Of a stretch of DNA of 64,000 nucleotides, positions 26,138-35,076 are shown in pieces. Numbering within the stretch: position 1 is the stretch's first letter; every line of letters starts with the position of its first letter. The position numbers and the translations under genes are program-made. This stretch comes from Candidatus Odyssella sp. (GTDB lineage Bacteria > Pseudomonadota > Alphaproteobacteria > Paracaedibacterales > CAITNM01), in assembly GCA_020726185.1 (NCBI GenBank), contig DYTB01000001.1, forward strand, positions 66,526 through 130,525. The letters are read 5' to 3'. Under the pieces are notes generated by a model. It was not told the origin of the DNA and did no database searches. It saw only the letters and a program-made list of their open reading frames with translations.

Positions 26138-28744
26138 ATGAAATTTTGGGTCTTTCTGTTAGGATCATTTTTATGTGCATCTTATGCAGCTGAAAAAGCC
26201 CCTGAATTTCTGATAGAAGCTGCTCCTTCTTTTGTTGAGTCAATAAACGAAGAAGAATTTTTTAGCATTTCGGACCAAGAAAGTGCAAGTGGCGTTCATT
26301 AACAACTTCTTGATTCCCAAATAAAAAAAGAAACCGATAGGATTGATTACTTTACGCACATTTCTAAAAAGGTCATCAATCAAAACGGCATTGATAACGC
26401 AGCTATTATCGAAATTGAATTTGATCCTATAGGTGATTCACTTGTACTTCACCACGTAAACGTAAAACGCGGGAAGACAATTATTAACCATCTGAAAACT
26501 GCAAAAATTAAAGTGCTTCAGCGCGAAAAATCTTTAGAGAGAAAGCATTATACAGGCGCCAAATCTATTAACATTATCTTAGATGACATCAGAGTCGGAG
26601 ATATCATCGACTATTGCTTCACTATAAAAAGCAAAAACATTAATGATAATAAGAACTTTCATACCAGAATTTACCTTTCCAACGCTGTTCCAATTCATTT
26701 TTTAAGTAAACGTATTTTGTGGCCTCAAAGCCTGCCTCCGCTTGTTGTTAAAAATCATACGACTGATCTTCAACCCATCACAAGGAAACGCGAAAAATAT
26801 ACTGAATATTTATGGCAAAAAAAAGAAGTCCCTGTTGATCAATACGAACCTTATACTCCTATTTGGCATGATGTTGTGCCTTGGATTGAAATAAGCGCTA
26901 ACCTTAATTGGCGGGATATTAATCTTGCTCTGTCTGAGCACTATAAAGTCCAGGCTTTACCACCTTCCATAAAAAAACATGTTGATCGTATCATCAGTGC
27001 AGAAAAAGACTTAGGCAAACGTTTCATTACTGCAATACGCTTCATCCAAGATGAAATTAGATACATGGGAATGTCAGACCGTATTGATGGATATAAGCCC
27101 CTAAATGCAGAGCTAACTTATGAAAGACGTTTTGGTGATTGTAAAGACAAAACGTACCTTGCTTTGACTATGCTTAAAGCTTTGGGAATAGAAGCTTATC
27201 CAGCTGTTGTGCACACAATGTTTGGAAAACTTCTTGATTCACGCTTAGCAAATCCTGCAATTTTTAATCATATTATTGTTGTTGCCATTATTAATGGTAA
27301 AAAGTATTGGATTGATCCAACGTGTTCTTTGCAAGGAGGAACATTAAAAAATTACGTTCAGCCCGACTATGGCTACGCACTTATTCTGGATGGAAAATCG
27401 CAAAGCCTCATCAAAATGCCTTCTCTTGAGCTAACAGAGCCTTCCATTGAATTTTATGAGAAATTTGACCTTTCAAAAGGACCTGGAAACCCAAATTATC
27501 TATCGATAAAGACCGTGTATAAAAATATGCATGCAGATAGCCAACGTGGATATTTTCATATAACACCAAAAAAAGAGATGAACGAATCTTATGTTAATGG
27601 AATGAAAATAAATTACCCCCTTATTCGACAAAAAAGTGAACTTATTGTTTTAGATGACCGAGAAAAAAATGTCATAATTGTCGCAGAAGACTATGAAATA
27701 CCTGACCTGTGGAAAAGAAGGGAAGCTAAAAAACTCTGGATTATGTATACGTATGTTGATGAGTTTATAACTTATCTAAATAATAAAAATATTTTTGCTG
27801 ATAGAAAGACCCCTGTATCCCATATTTCCCCCAGATATATTACCAAGAAAATAGAGATGATTCTTCCTGACAAATGGGATTTCAAAACTGAATCAATAGC
27901 TGTAACTGATCCCACTTTTGAGTTTAAAAAAGAAACGCAGTTGCAAGATCTAAACTATTCGATTTCTTATGTTTATAGAAGCCTTAGTGATCATGTAGAA
28001 CACAAAATGATTGCTTCTTACATTAAAAACGCTGATCAAGCCTATGCTCTTTTAAAAAGTAATCTATGTCAATTTGATCCATCTCCCCCTGATAAGATGT
28101 CTGAAAAAAAAGAACCACCTAAAAAGAAAGATTCCCTAAATTGGCCAATCTTTTTACTGCTTGTTATTGCTCTTATATTTTTCATTTTTTTAGCCAAGAA
28201 AATTTATGTTTCTAAACCTAAAGTGCTTTTGGAAAAAGATGAAGGTTCAAAATTTTATGGCATTGAAGGTTGGCCGTTGTTGTCAGGTTTTTATATTCTT
28301 TTCAGAATCATTATTTATTTTGGGGCCTTTTATTCTATAGCAAGCGAGGTATTATCCCATGACACGTGGATTAGGGTCTCAACCTCAACCTCCGATACAT
28401 TCAAACCATTTTTTCTTCCTTTGGCATTTAAAGTAGCGTTTACGTCTCTTTTACTTACTGCATTGTGGGGGCTGGCAGCAATGCTTTTTTTGAAGAAGAA
28501 ACATCTATTTCCACATGTGTTTGTTTTTGCGTTGTTTGGGGATTTTTTATTTATAATATCCGATCAGATATTGTCTTATTTTTTCCTTTCTTCTGTTTCA
28601 ACAAAGACAGATATTATGGGCACCATAGTCTTTGGATTGGTTGTATTGATCTGGGGTGTATATATGGCAAAATCAAAAAGAATCAAAGTGACCTTTGGAC
28701 AAAATTACTCATTTAATTTCAAAAAAAATAACAATACACTCTAA
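26138..28744 (+). pseudogene. DUF3857-like N-terminal domain plus transglutaminase-like cysteine protease core plus C-terminal polytopic membrane domain, with one in-frame TAA
   Basis: The ATG at 26138 gives a signal peptide (MKFWVFLLGSFLCASYAAE) in the same frame as ORF 26513-28744. The only interruption is TAA at 26300-26302 (SASGVH*QLLDSQ). The transglutaminase core reads RRFGDCKDKTYLALTMLKALGIEAYPAVV. The C-terminal ~200 aa contain at least 5 TM helices. Confidence 0.65.
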
Positions 28745-28767
28745 TTAAAAAAGAAAGCGAAGTTCAA

Positions 28768-29286
28768 ATGCAAAAAAATCCGCTACAAAACAGCTCTGAT
28801 GAACTGGCAACAATAAAATTTTTCAGTTTTGAATTAGAAGCTATTAGCTTAAAACAAATATTAGATTTTTATGCTTGGTTTTTGATTGCTGAAATAATTA
28901 TTATGCTTGCAATAGCATTGCTTTTTGACAGGTTTAATGTTGGTGGAATTTATGGGGGTTTATATCTGTGTGGAGTCATAGGAACTTTGGGTTTTTGTAT
29001 TTATAGATACAGGTATTCACCGTACATGCATGGCCTTATAATTATTGCTTATGGCTATTCGTTTGGAGAAAAAATTAACTATTTAAAAAAATTCAAAACG
29101 GATTCATACTTAATTGAAAAGTTTAAAAATATTATATTTAACGAAGGAACCTTTGCTTCAATACATGATTTTTTTGCAGAAAGCTTATGCGAAAATATTT
29201 CTTATTATTTTAACGGCTTTTTTATGAGTTTGATTTTTTTCTATTTTGCATATTCCTATAAGAAATTGAATAAGCGCACTAACTAG
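28768..29286 (+). CDS. Hypothetical membrane protein
   Basis: The 172-aa ORF has about 4 hydrophobic helices and is followed by spacer repeat copy 3. Confidence 0.4.
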   Translation: MQKNPLQNSSDELATIKFFSFELEAISLKQILDFYAWFLIAEIIIMLAIALLFDRFNVGGIYGGLYLCGVIGTLGFCIYRYRYSPYMHGLIIIAYGYSFGEKINYLKKFKTDSYLIEKFKNIIFNEGTFASIHDFFAESLCENISYYFNGFFMSLIFFYFAYSYKKLNKRTN

Positions 29287-29292
29287 AATGAC

Positions 29293-29340
29293 TAAATTTC
29301 TAACAGTACTCGGGTGGCTTTTAAGTCACTTGTTTCTGTT
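29293..29340 (+). repeat. Inter-cassette spacer repeat, copy 3 (degenerate)
   Basis: TAAATTTCTAACAGTACTCGGGTGGCTTTTAAGTCACTTGTTT matches the left two-thirds of copy 2. Confidence 0.55.
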
Positions 29341-29419
29341 TTGTCAATACATGCGATGGCATTGTTTATAAAAACGCGGTACAATCAATTATAAAAACGC
29401 GGGTTAAATATTTATAAAA

Positions 29420-30661
29420 ATGGCGAGATCCTTAAATTCTATATATGCACGCATTCAAAAAGATTGCGTTGATTTAGCCTTGCAAACAAGTCGTGTTATT
29501 CATTTGTCTGGCCCTCGACAATGTGGGAAAACAACGTTAGCAAAAATGATGGTGTCTGAAGATTGTGATTATCGTACGCTAGATGATGAAACGTATTTAC
29601 AATCAGCGCTTATCGACCCAAATGGATTTGTTAGGCATGACAAAAAACATTTAATCATCGACGAAATTCAACGAGCTCCTAATCTTTTAATGGCAATTAA
29701 AAAGGTTGTAGATACTGACAACAGGCCAGGACAGTATATTTTAACTGGGTCATCTAACATTCAAGCATTACCAGGCGTTAACGAATCATTGGCAGGACGC
29801 ATCCGCAAAATTCGCTTGAGGACGCTAACAGAAGGAGAGATATTAGGGAATGCTGCTTCATTTTTAGAGAGAGCTTTTTCTCAGGTTTTTAAGGAAAAAA
29901 GTGATTTAAATCGTGATTCAATATTAGAAATTGGCTTTCGAGGGGGATTTCCTGAAGCCGTACGATTACCACCTAAAATTCGCTCTATATGGCATAAGGA
30001 ATATATGAATGCTCTTTTAGAGAGGGATTTAAAGGATATTGTTAAAATCCAACGACATGAAACAATGCATGATCTCATAAGGGTTATGGCTGGTTGGTCA
30101 TCAAAATTTATGGATATATCAGCAATTGGATCAAACTTAGGGGTAACCCGACCTACTCTTGAAACATACATCAATGCTTTAGAAGCAATGTATATTGTTG
30201 AGCGTGTTCGTCCATGGTCGCGAACTGACTATGATCGCGTAAGTAAACACAGTAAGGTTTTTATGACAGACACGGGGCTTATGGCTTCATTGTTGGGGTG
30301 GGACATAGATCAAGTGCGATTTGATTCGGATCGCTGCGGTAAGTTAATGGAAACCCTAGTATTTCATAGTTTATCTACTTTAATTGATGCAGATTTTGGA
30401 AAATATACACTCTATCATTATCGAGATCGAGAAAAACGAGAGATTGATTTTCTCATTGAGCGTGAGGACGGATCGATGCTCGCAATAGAGGTTAAAGCGG
30501 GGTCATCGGTTGGAAAGAGCGATTTTAAACACTTGGACTGGTTTAAACAAAATATGGCTAAGGAAAAGCCATTTATTGGGATAGTTGTGTATACCGGAGA
30601 AGCAGCAGTTCCCTTTGGAGATGGTTTTTGGGCAGTGCCAATGAGTGATATGTGGAAGTAA
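29420..30661 (+). CDS. AAA-type ATPase with a DUF4143-like C-terminal domain
   Basis: Walker A is LSGPRQCGKTTLAK and Walker B is LIIDEIQRAPNL. The C-terminal region (EIDFLIE...AIEVKAG) is a restriction-endonuclease-like pattern typical of AAA_14/DUF4143 proteins. Confidence 0.7.
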   Translation: MARSLNSIYARIQKDCVDLALQTSRVIHLSGPRQCGKTTLAKMMVSEDCDYRTLDDETYLQSALIDPNGFVRHDKKHLIIDEIQRAPNLLMAIKKVVDTDNRPGQYILTGSSNIQALPGVNESLAGRIRKIRLRTLTEGEILGNAASFLERAFSQVFKEKSDLNRDSILEIGFRGGFPEAVRLPPKIRSIWHKEYMNALLERDLKDIVKIQRHETMHDLIRVMAGWSSKFMDISAIGSNLGVTRPTLETYINALEAMYIVERVRPWSRTDYDRVSKHSKVFMTDTGLMASLLGWDIDQVRFDSDRCGKLMETLVFHSLSTLIDADFGKYTLYHYRDREKREIDFLIEREDGSMLAIEVKAGSSVGKSDFKHLDWFKQNMAKEKPFIGIVVYTGEAAVPFGDGFWAVPMSDMWK

Positions 30662-30681
30662 TTAAATTTTGTGTGTGAGAA

Positions 30682-31029
30682 TGTCAGAATCATAAAATCA
30701 GATCAAGTATCATTTTGCATATTTTGCTAAATGCGCACTGATGCGGAGGACAAAGTGCGCTACACTTTTTACACCGCTATGTTGCCTACGGCGTTCATTC
30801 ATGACAGCAAGAATGAAAAGATAGCAATTTGTTGATATTTACTGGACGGCTGGACGGATAAGTGTCCAAGTGGACGGATAGGTGGACGGATAAAAAAGGC
30901 TGAAAGTCGCAGTTTTCCTATATGGTGGACGGCTGGACGGCAAAAATGACCTTTTTAAGGGGCCTCAGAAAAAATATTTGTATTGTACCTTTTCCATATT
31001 TCTTCAAGTTGCTGTTTTTCAAATCCCTT
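30682..31029 (-). repeat. Island repeat family, copy C (contiguous form, inverted relative to A and B)
   Basis: Its reverse complement aligns with 18682-18887 plus 19245-19370 (copy A) and with 19528-19800 (copy B). It carries a stub ORF (MTARMKR-stop) and GCGCAC-N16-GTGCGC at 30733-30760. Confidence 0.8.
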
Positions 31030-31119
31030 TGGTTGGATGTCACCGATTTCTATATTTTTCGTGAGGATTTAGTAAGGGGTAAGAAGTCTACTTAGCTGAC
31101 GTGGTGGCCCTACTTTTGT

Positions 31120-32316
31120 TTAAATGAGACCACGTTCTGCAGATTTCTTTAATCCTGCCGCTACTAACATGGCGCCAGTTGCCCTATCAACAGATTCTCG
31201 CACCGGGTCTAAATCTAATCGTGCATAAATTGCGGTTGTACTTGGTGATTTATGATTCAACGACTTGCCAACTATCACCAATGATGCGCCTGTTTTTGCT
31301 TGCCAGCTACCAAGAGTACGCCGTAGATCATGAATTCGTAGGTTGGCAATCCCAGCCCGCTCTAATACACGTTTCCAGGATTTTTTAGGTTCAACAAGGT
31401 GGCCAGTAACACCAGTCCCTGGAAATACCCATGTCGTGTTAGTGCCTTGTCGTGCTCGTAAAATCTCAACAACTTCATGAGTTAGGGTAACTGTTTGAGA
31501 GTCCCCGTTTTTAGTAATAGGTATACGCCATTCTCCACGCTCTAGATGTATCTGTGACCATTGCATTTCTTGGACATTAGAACGCCTGGCACCAGTCAGT
31601 AAGGAAATAAGAAAATAGTCTCTCAACGTATCGTTTTGTTCTTCTGCTAGTGATTTGAAAAATGCAGGTAATTCATCGGACTGTAAAAAACGATCACGAG
31701 TATTTTCATAGAATTTTTTAATGCCTTGAGCCGGGTTAGTGCCTTTAAACAATTTTTTCTCAGTAGCATACCCAAACAAGCTAGATGCTAGGGCGATAAT
31801 CCGATTAGCCGTAGTTGGGTATTCTTTGCCTATCTCAGTATGTAGCTTACCAAAATCATTGTCTTTAAATTGGGATAACTGCCGCTTACTCCATTTGGCT
31901 AGGTACAAGTTAAAATTATATCGGTAGGTGCTTTTTGTGCTCGCTGATAAATATGCACCCTTTCGGTTACGACGATGTTTAAGGAACTCTTCAAACAATT
32001 CTTCCAATGTTGTTTCTGTTTTTAGTGCGCGAGCGTCAGAGTTTGGATTGATACCATCAACAATAAGTGCATTTATACGTGCTGCCTCATTACGTGCCTG
32101 CTCAATAGACATATCGGGGTAACGTCCCATGGTTACACGTTCAGGGTTTCCATTTTTGATGCGTCGATAAACGCAAAATGTTTTAACACCAGTACTCGTG
32201 ATGCGTATCTGTAGGCCATTGGTCTTTTTATCGTGATAAGCTTGGCGTTGACCACTGGCGGGTAAAGGCAGAGCATCTAAAGTTGCTTTGGTAAAGTTGA
32301 TTTTATTCTCTGACAT
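31120..32316 (-). CDS. int: Tyrosine-type integrase, P4-like, with a DUF4102-type arm-binding N-terminus
   Basis: The N-terminus reads TKATLDALPLPASGQRQAYHDKKTNGLQIRITSTGVKTFCVYRR...GRYPDMSIEQAR. The catalytic region contains ARRSNV, HDLRRTLGS and AIYARL. Confidence 0.9.
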   Translation of the reverse strand: MSENKINFTKATLDALPLPASGQRQAYHDKKTNGLQIRITSTGVKTFCVYRRIKNGNPERVTMGRYPDMSIEQARNEAARINALIVDGINPNSDARALKTETTLEELFEEFLKHRRNRKGAYLSASTKSTYRYNFNLYLAKWSKRQLSQFKDNDFGKLHTEIGKEYPTTANRIIALASSLFGYATEKKLFKGTNPAQGIKKFYENTRDRFLQSDELPAFFKSLAEEQNDTLRDYFLISLLTGARRSNVQEMQWSQIHLERGEWRIPITKNGDSQTVTLTHEVVEILRARQGTNTTWVFPGTGVTGHLVEPKKSWKRVLERAGIANLRIHDLRRTLGSWQAKTGASLVIVGKSLNHKSPSTTAIYARLDLDPVRESVDRATGAMLVAAGLKKSAERGLI

Positions 32317-32342
32317 AGCTATACCCTAGCTTATATGTTTTA

Positions 32343-32365
32343 TTCGGGGTTACACCGGGGTTACA
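32343..32365 (+). promoter_or_regulatory. Tandem GGGGTTAC motif, a candidate integrase arm-type site (P arm)
   Basis: TTCGGGGTTACACCGGGGTTACA lies 27 bp upstream of the int start and 119 bp before attR. Confidence 0.4.
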
Positions 32366-32484
32366 AATTAGGTAAAAACCAGCACATTTTGGTGTACCCC
32401 CATTAAGCTGACAATATGCTGTAATCGTTGCTGTGTAAAGGTTTTTTAAGTAGTATTAAACAGTAGAAAATGCCAGATCTTGGA

Positions 32485-32530
32485 ATTCCTAATCTTGAGG
32501 CCATGAGTTCGAATCTCGTCGGGAACGCCA
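32485..32530 (+). repeat. attR core (orphan copy of the tRNA-Arg 3-prime 46 bp)
   Basis: It is identical to 18487-18532. The upstream sequence cannot form the D arm or the 5-prime acceptor, so this is not a second tRNA gene. Confidence 0.85.
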
Positions 32531-32635
32531 ACCCTAGAAACATTCTTTAATGAAAATTTAATAGTTTTTAATGTATTCTGGCCTTGTCTAGACTAGAGTT
32601 TTCTAGCTATACGTCTTCCCAAGGAATAGAAAATC

Positions 32636-33625
32636 ATGAAGATTATTGTCTATAGCACTAAATCATATGAAAGAGATTACCTGAATGATGCTAATCAGGG
32701 TAAACATGAGCTTTACTTCTTGCCGGATATGTTGACATTAGAAACTGCAGATAAAGCTAAAGGTTACGATGGAATTAGTTGTTTTATTGTAGATTTTGTC
32801 AAAGAAGAGTTAATGGAAAAATTGGCAAAATTGGGCATTAAATTTATTACATTACGTTCAGCAGGATTTGATTATATTGATGGAGAAGCTGCTAAAAAAC
32901 ATAAAGTAGTGGTTTCTCGTGTTCCTAAATACGCTCCAGAAGCTATTGCTGAATTCGCTGTAGGTTTGATTTTAGTGCTTAATCGAAAAATCACAAAAGC
33001 TTATACGCAAGGATTACAGCACAACTTTACGCTTGAAGGATTGTTGGGATTTAATTTGCATAAAAAAACGGTAGGTATTATTGGAACAGGTAATATTGGT
33101 GAGGCTTTTTCGAAGGTCATGGCAGGTTTTGGGTGCAATATATTGGCATGTGATCCTGTTGTTAATCACTCTTGTGAAAAACTAGGTGTGAAGTATGTGG
33201 AGCTAAATGAGTTGTTTGCTAAATCAGATATCATTAGCCTGCACTGTCCAAATACTGATCAGACTCGAAACATTATTAATGGCGATTCTTTTGGTTTAAT
33301 GAAAAAAGGCGTAATGTTAATTAACACAGCACGGGGCGGACTTGTGGATACTGAATCCCTGATTCAAGCCTTAGAATCAGGCAAGGTTGGGAGTGCAGGG
33401 TTGGATGTTTATACAAAAGAGCCAGGCTTGTTCTATAGAGATCATCATGATGAATCTATTAAAGACAAAGAATTTCTAAAGCTGATTTCATTTCCTAATG
33501 TTCTGATTACGCCGCATTACGCATTTTTGACAGAGGAAGCTATGGCGAACATAGCGCAAGTAACGATAGATAATATTACTGCATTTGAGATGGGGAGTCC
33601 GATCAATCAAGTCTACAAAGCATAA
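32636..33625 (+). CDS. ldhA: D-isomer-specific 2-hydroxyacid dehydrogenase (D-lactate dehydrogenase-like)
   Basis: The 329-aa ORF has the NAD-binding motif VGIIGTGNIGEAF and the catalytic-region pattern NTARGGLVD...LDVY...TPH. Confidence 0.8.
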   Translation: MKIIVYSTKSYERDYLNDANQGKHELYFLPDMLTLETADKAKGYDGISCFIVDFVKEELMEKLAKLGIKFITLRSAGFDYIDGEAAKKHKVVVSRVPKYAPEAIAEFAVGLILVLNRKITKAYTQGLQHNFTLEGLLGFNLHKKTVGIIGTGNIGEAFSKVMAGFGCNILACDPVVNHSCEKLGVKYVELNELFAKSDIISLHCPNTDQTRNIINGDSFGLMKKGVMLINTARGGLVDTESLIQALESGKVGSAGLDVYTKEPGLFYRDHHDESIKDKEFLKLISFPNVLITPHYAFLTEEAMANIAQVTIDNITAFEMGSPINQVYKA

Positions 33626-33709
33626 TTCCTTAAATTCATGAAATTTCATTTATCTGAATAGGTATCTTGTGCAAGAATGCGATCAATGGTGGAAAATTAA
33701 GAGTTAACA

Positions 33710-35026
33710 ATGTATTCATTGCCTGATGCATTTCCATATATAGCATTAATGCTAGGGTTAGCATTGTGTCCATTATTGTTGCCAAAAATTTGGCATGCTT
33801 TTGAAAAACCAATTTTAATAGCCATTGGGATTTGGACGTTAATTGTAATGGTGCAGGCTGAAGGCGCCAATCAAGCTGTGCACAATTTTAGTCACATGTT
33901 GATCCACGAATACATTGCATTTTTGGCCATATTATTTGCGCTGTTCGTGGTGGCGGGGGGTATTCATGTGCAGTTCAATGTGTCTGATAGCTTGAAAAAC
34001 AATGTGATGATTCTTTTAAGTGGAGCTGTTTTAGCCAATTTTATTGGAACAACAGGTGCATCGATGGTGTTGATTAGACCTTTTTTAAAGCTAAATCATA
34101 ATCGTGCTTATAAAACGCATTTGGGTGTTTTCTTTATTTTTATTGTAGCAAACATTGGGGGGAGTTTAACGCCTTTGGGAGATCCTCCGTTATTTATGGG
34201 GTATTTGGCTGGGGTTGATTTTGGCTGGACTCTACAACATGGATGGATGCCATTTTTAATGATGATTACTTTTTGTTTAGGTGTCTTTGCATGTATTGAC
34301 CGGGCAAAAAATAAACACACGGTTTCGCAACGTTATGATGTAGGTATTACCATTGAAGGTGGTATGAATTTTGTGTTGATGGGGGCGATTGTGGCGATTA
34401 CGCTTTTAGCGCCTTGTTTGAGTAATGATTATGTTGCATCAGTTATGGGGGTCGGGATTTCCTGGCAGGATATTGTTCGTGATTTCGGCTATGTGCTTAT
34501 TGGAGTGCTATCTTTGTGGCTAACACCAAAGCATATTCATCATCATCATCATCAGCATTTTAATTTTGAGCCATTAAAAGAAGTGGCACGTGTGTTTTTG
34601 GTGATTTTTCTAAGTCTTATTCCTATATCTGCAATGTTAAAGCTGGGCGATGATGGGCCATTTCATGCGTTATTTAGTTTCGCGCATGAACAAGGAGTTC
34701 CTGTTGATGTGCGGTATTTTTGGTTGTCTGGTGGATTGTCAGCATTTCTTGATAATGCACCAACTTATTTATTATTTTTCAAAATGGCAGCTGGTAATGC
34801 GCAAACATTGATGCATCAACTGCCATCAACCTTGTTGGCAATATCGCTGGGGGCTGTTTATATGGGCGCGATGAGCTATATTGGAAATGCGCCAAACTTC
34901 ATGGTGCGCAGCATTGCAAAGCAAAGCGGCATTGAAATGCCTAGCTTTGTAGGCTACATGGTTTGGTCGTGTGTTGTTTTGCTTCCCATGCTGTATTGCA
35001 TTAGCCTTCTTCTTAATCACTTTTAA
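33710..35026 (+). CDS. ArsB/NhaD-superfamily ion transporter (putative Na+/H+ antiporter)
   Basis: The 438-aa protein is polytopic, with GGSLTPLGDPPLFMGY and FLDNAPTYLLF motifs. An internal His run reads KHIHHHHHQH. Confidence 0.5.
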   Translation: MYSLPDAFPYIALMLGLALCPLLLPKIWHAFEKPILIAIGIWTLIVMVQAEGANQAVHNFSHMLIHEYIAFLAILFALFVVAGGIHVQFNVSDSLKNNVMILLSGAVLANFIGTTGASMVLIRPFLKLNHNRAYKTHLGVFFIFIVANIGGSLTPLGDPPLFMGYLAGVDFGWTLQHGWMPFLMMITFCLGVFACIDRAKNKHTVSQRYDVGITIEGGMNFVLMGAIVAITLLAPCLSNDYVASVMGVGISWQDIVRDFGYVLIGVLSLWLTPKHIHHHHHQHFNFEPLKEVARVFLVIFLSLIPISAMLKLGDDGPFHALFSFAHEQGVPVDVRYFWLSGGLSAFLDNAPTYLLFFKMAAGNAQTLMHQLPSTLLAISLGAVYMGAMSYIGNAPNFMVRSIAKQSGIEMPSFVGYMVWSCVVLLPMLYCISLLLNHF

Positions 35027-35076
35027 AAACCTTAAAAAGCGTTTAGAAATAAGGGATCAAACAAAAAAGATTTACC

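Larger units (their letters stand above)
18487..32530. mobile_element. Integrative genomic island of ~14 kb inserted in the 3-prime part of tRNA-Arg(CCT)
   Basis: A 46-bp exact direct repeat (ATTCCTAATCTTGAGGCCATGAGTTCGAATCTCGTCGGGAACGCCA) occurs at 18487-18532, inside the intact tRNA, and at 32485-32530, where it is an orphan 3-prime half. A P4-type tyrosine integrase lies at 31120-32316. The cargo is accessory (repressor, toxin/immunity, ATPase). Confidence 0.85.

Noticed and set aside
25455-29340. Integron-style attC sites, because hairpin repeats occur at the 3-prime ends of the cassettes.
   Set aside because: The island integrase is P4-like, not IntI-like. I could not find attI or the RYYYAAC/GTTRRRY core sites, and the repeats are much more sequence-conserved than attC sites normally are.
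32440-32530. A second tRNA-Arg gene at the right end of the island.
   Set aside because: Only the 3-prime 46 nt are present. The upstream sequence lacks the 5-prime acceptor strand, the D arm and a pairing 5-prime anticodon stem.
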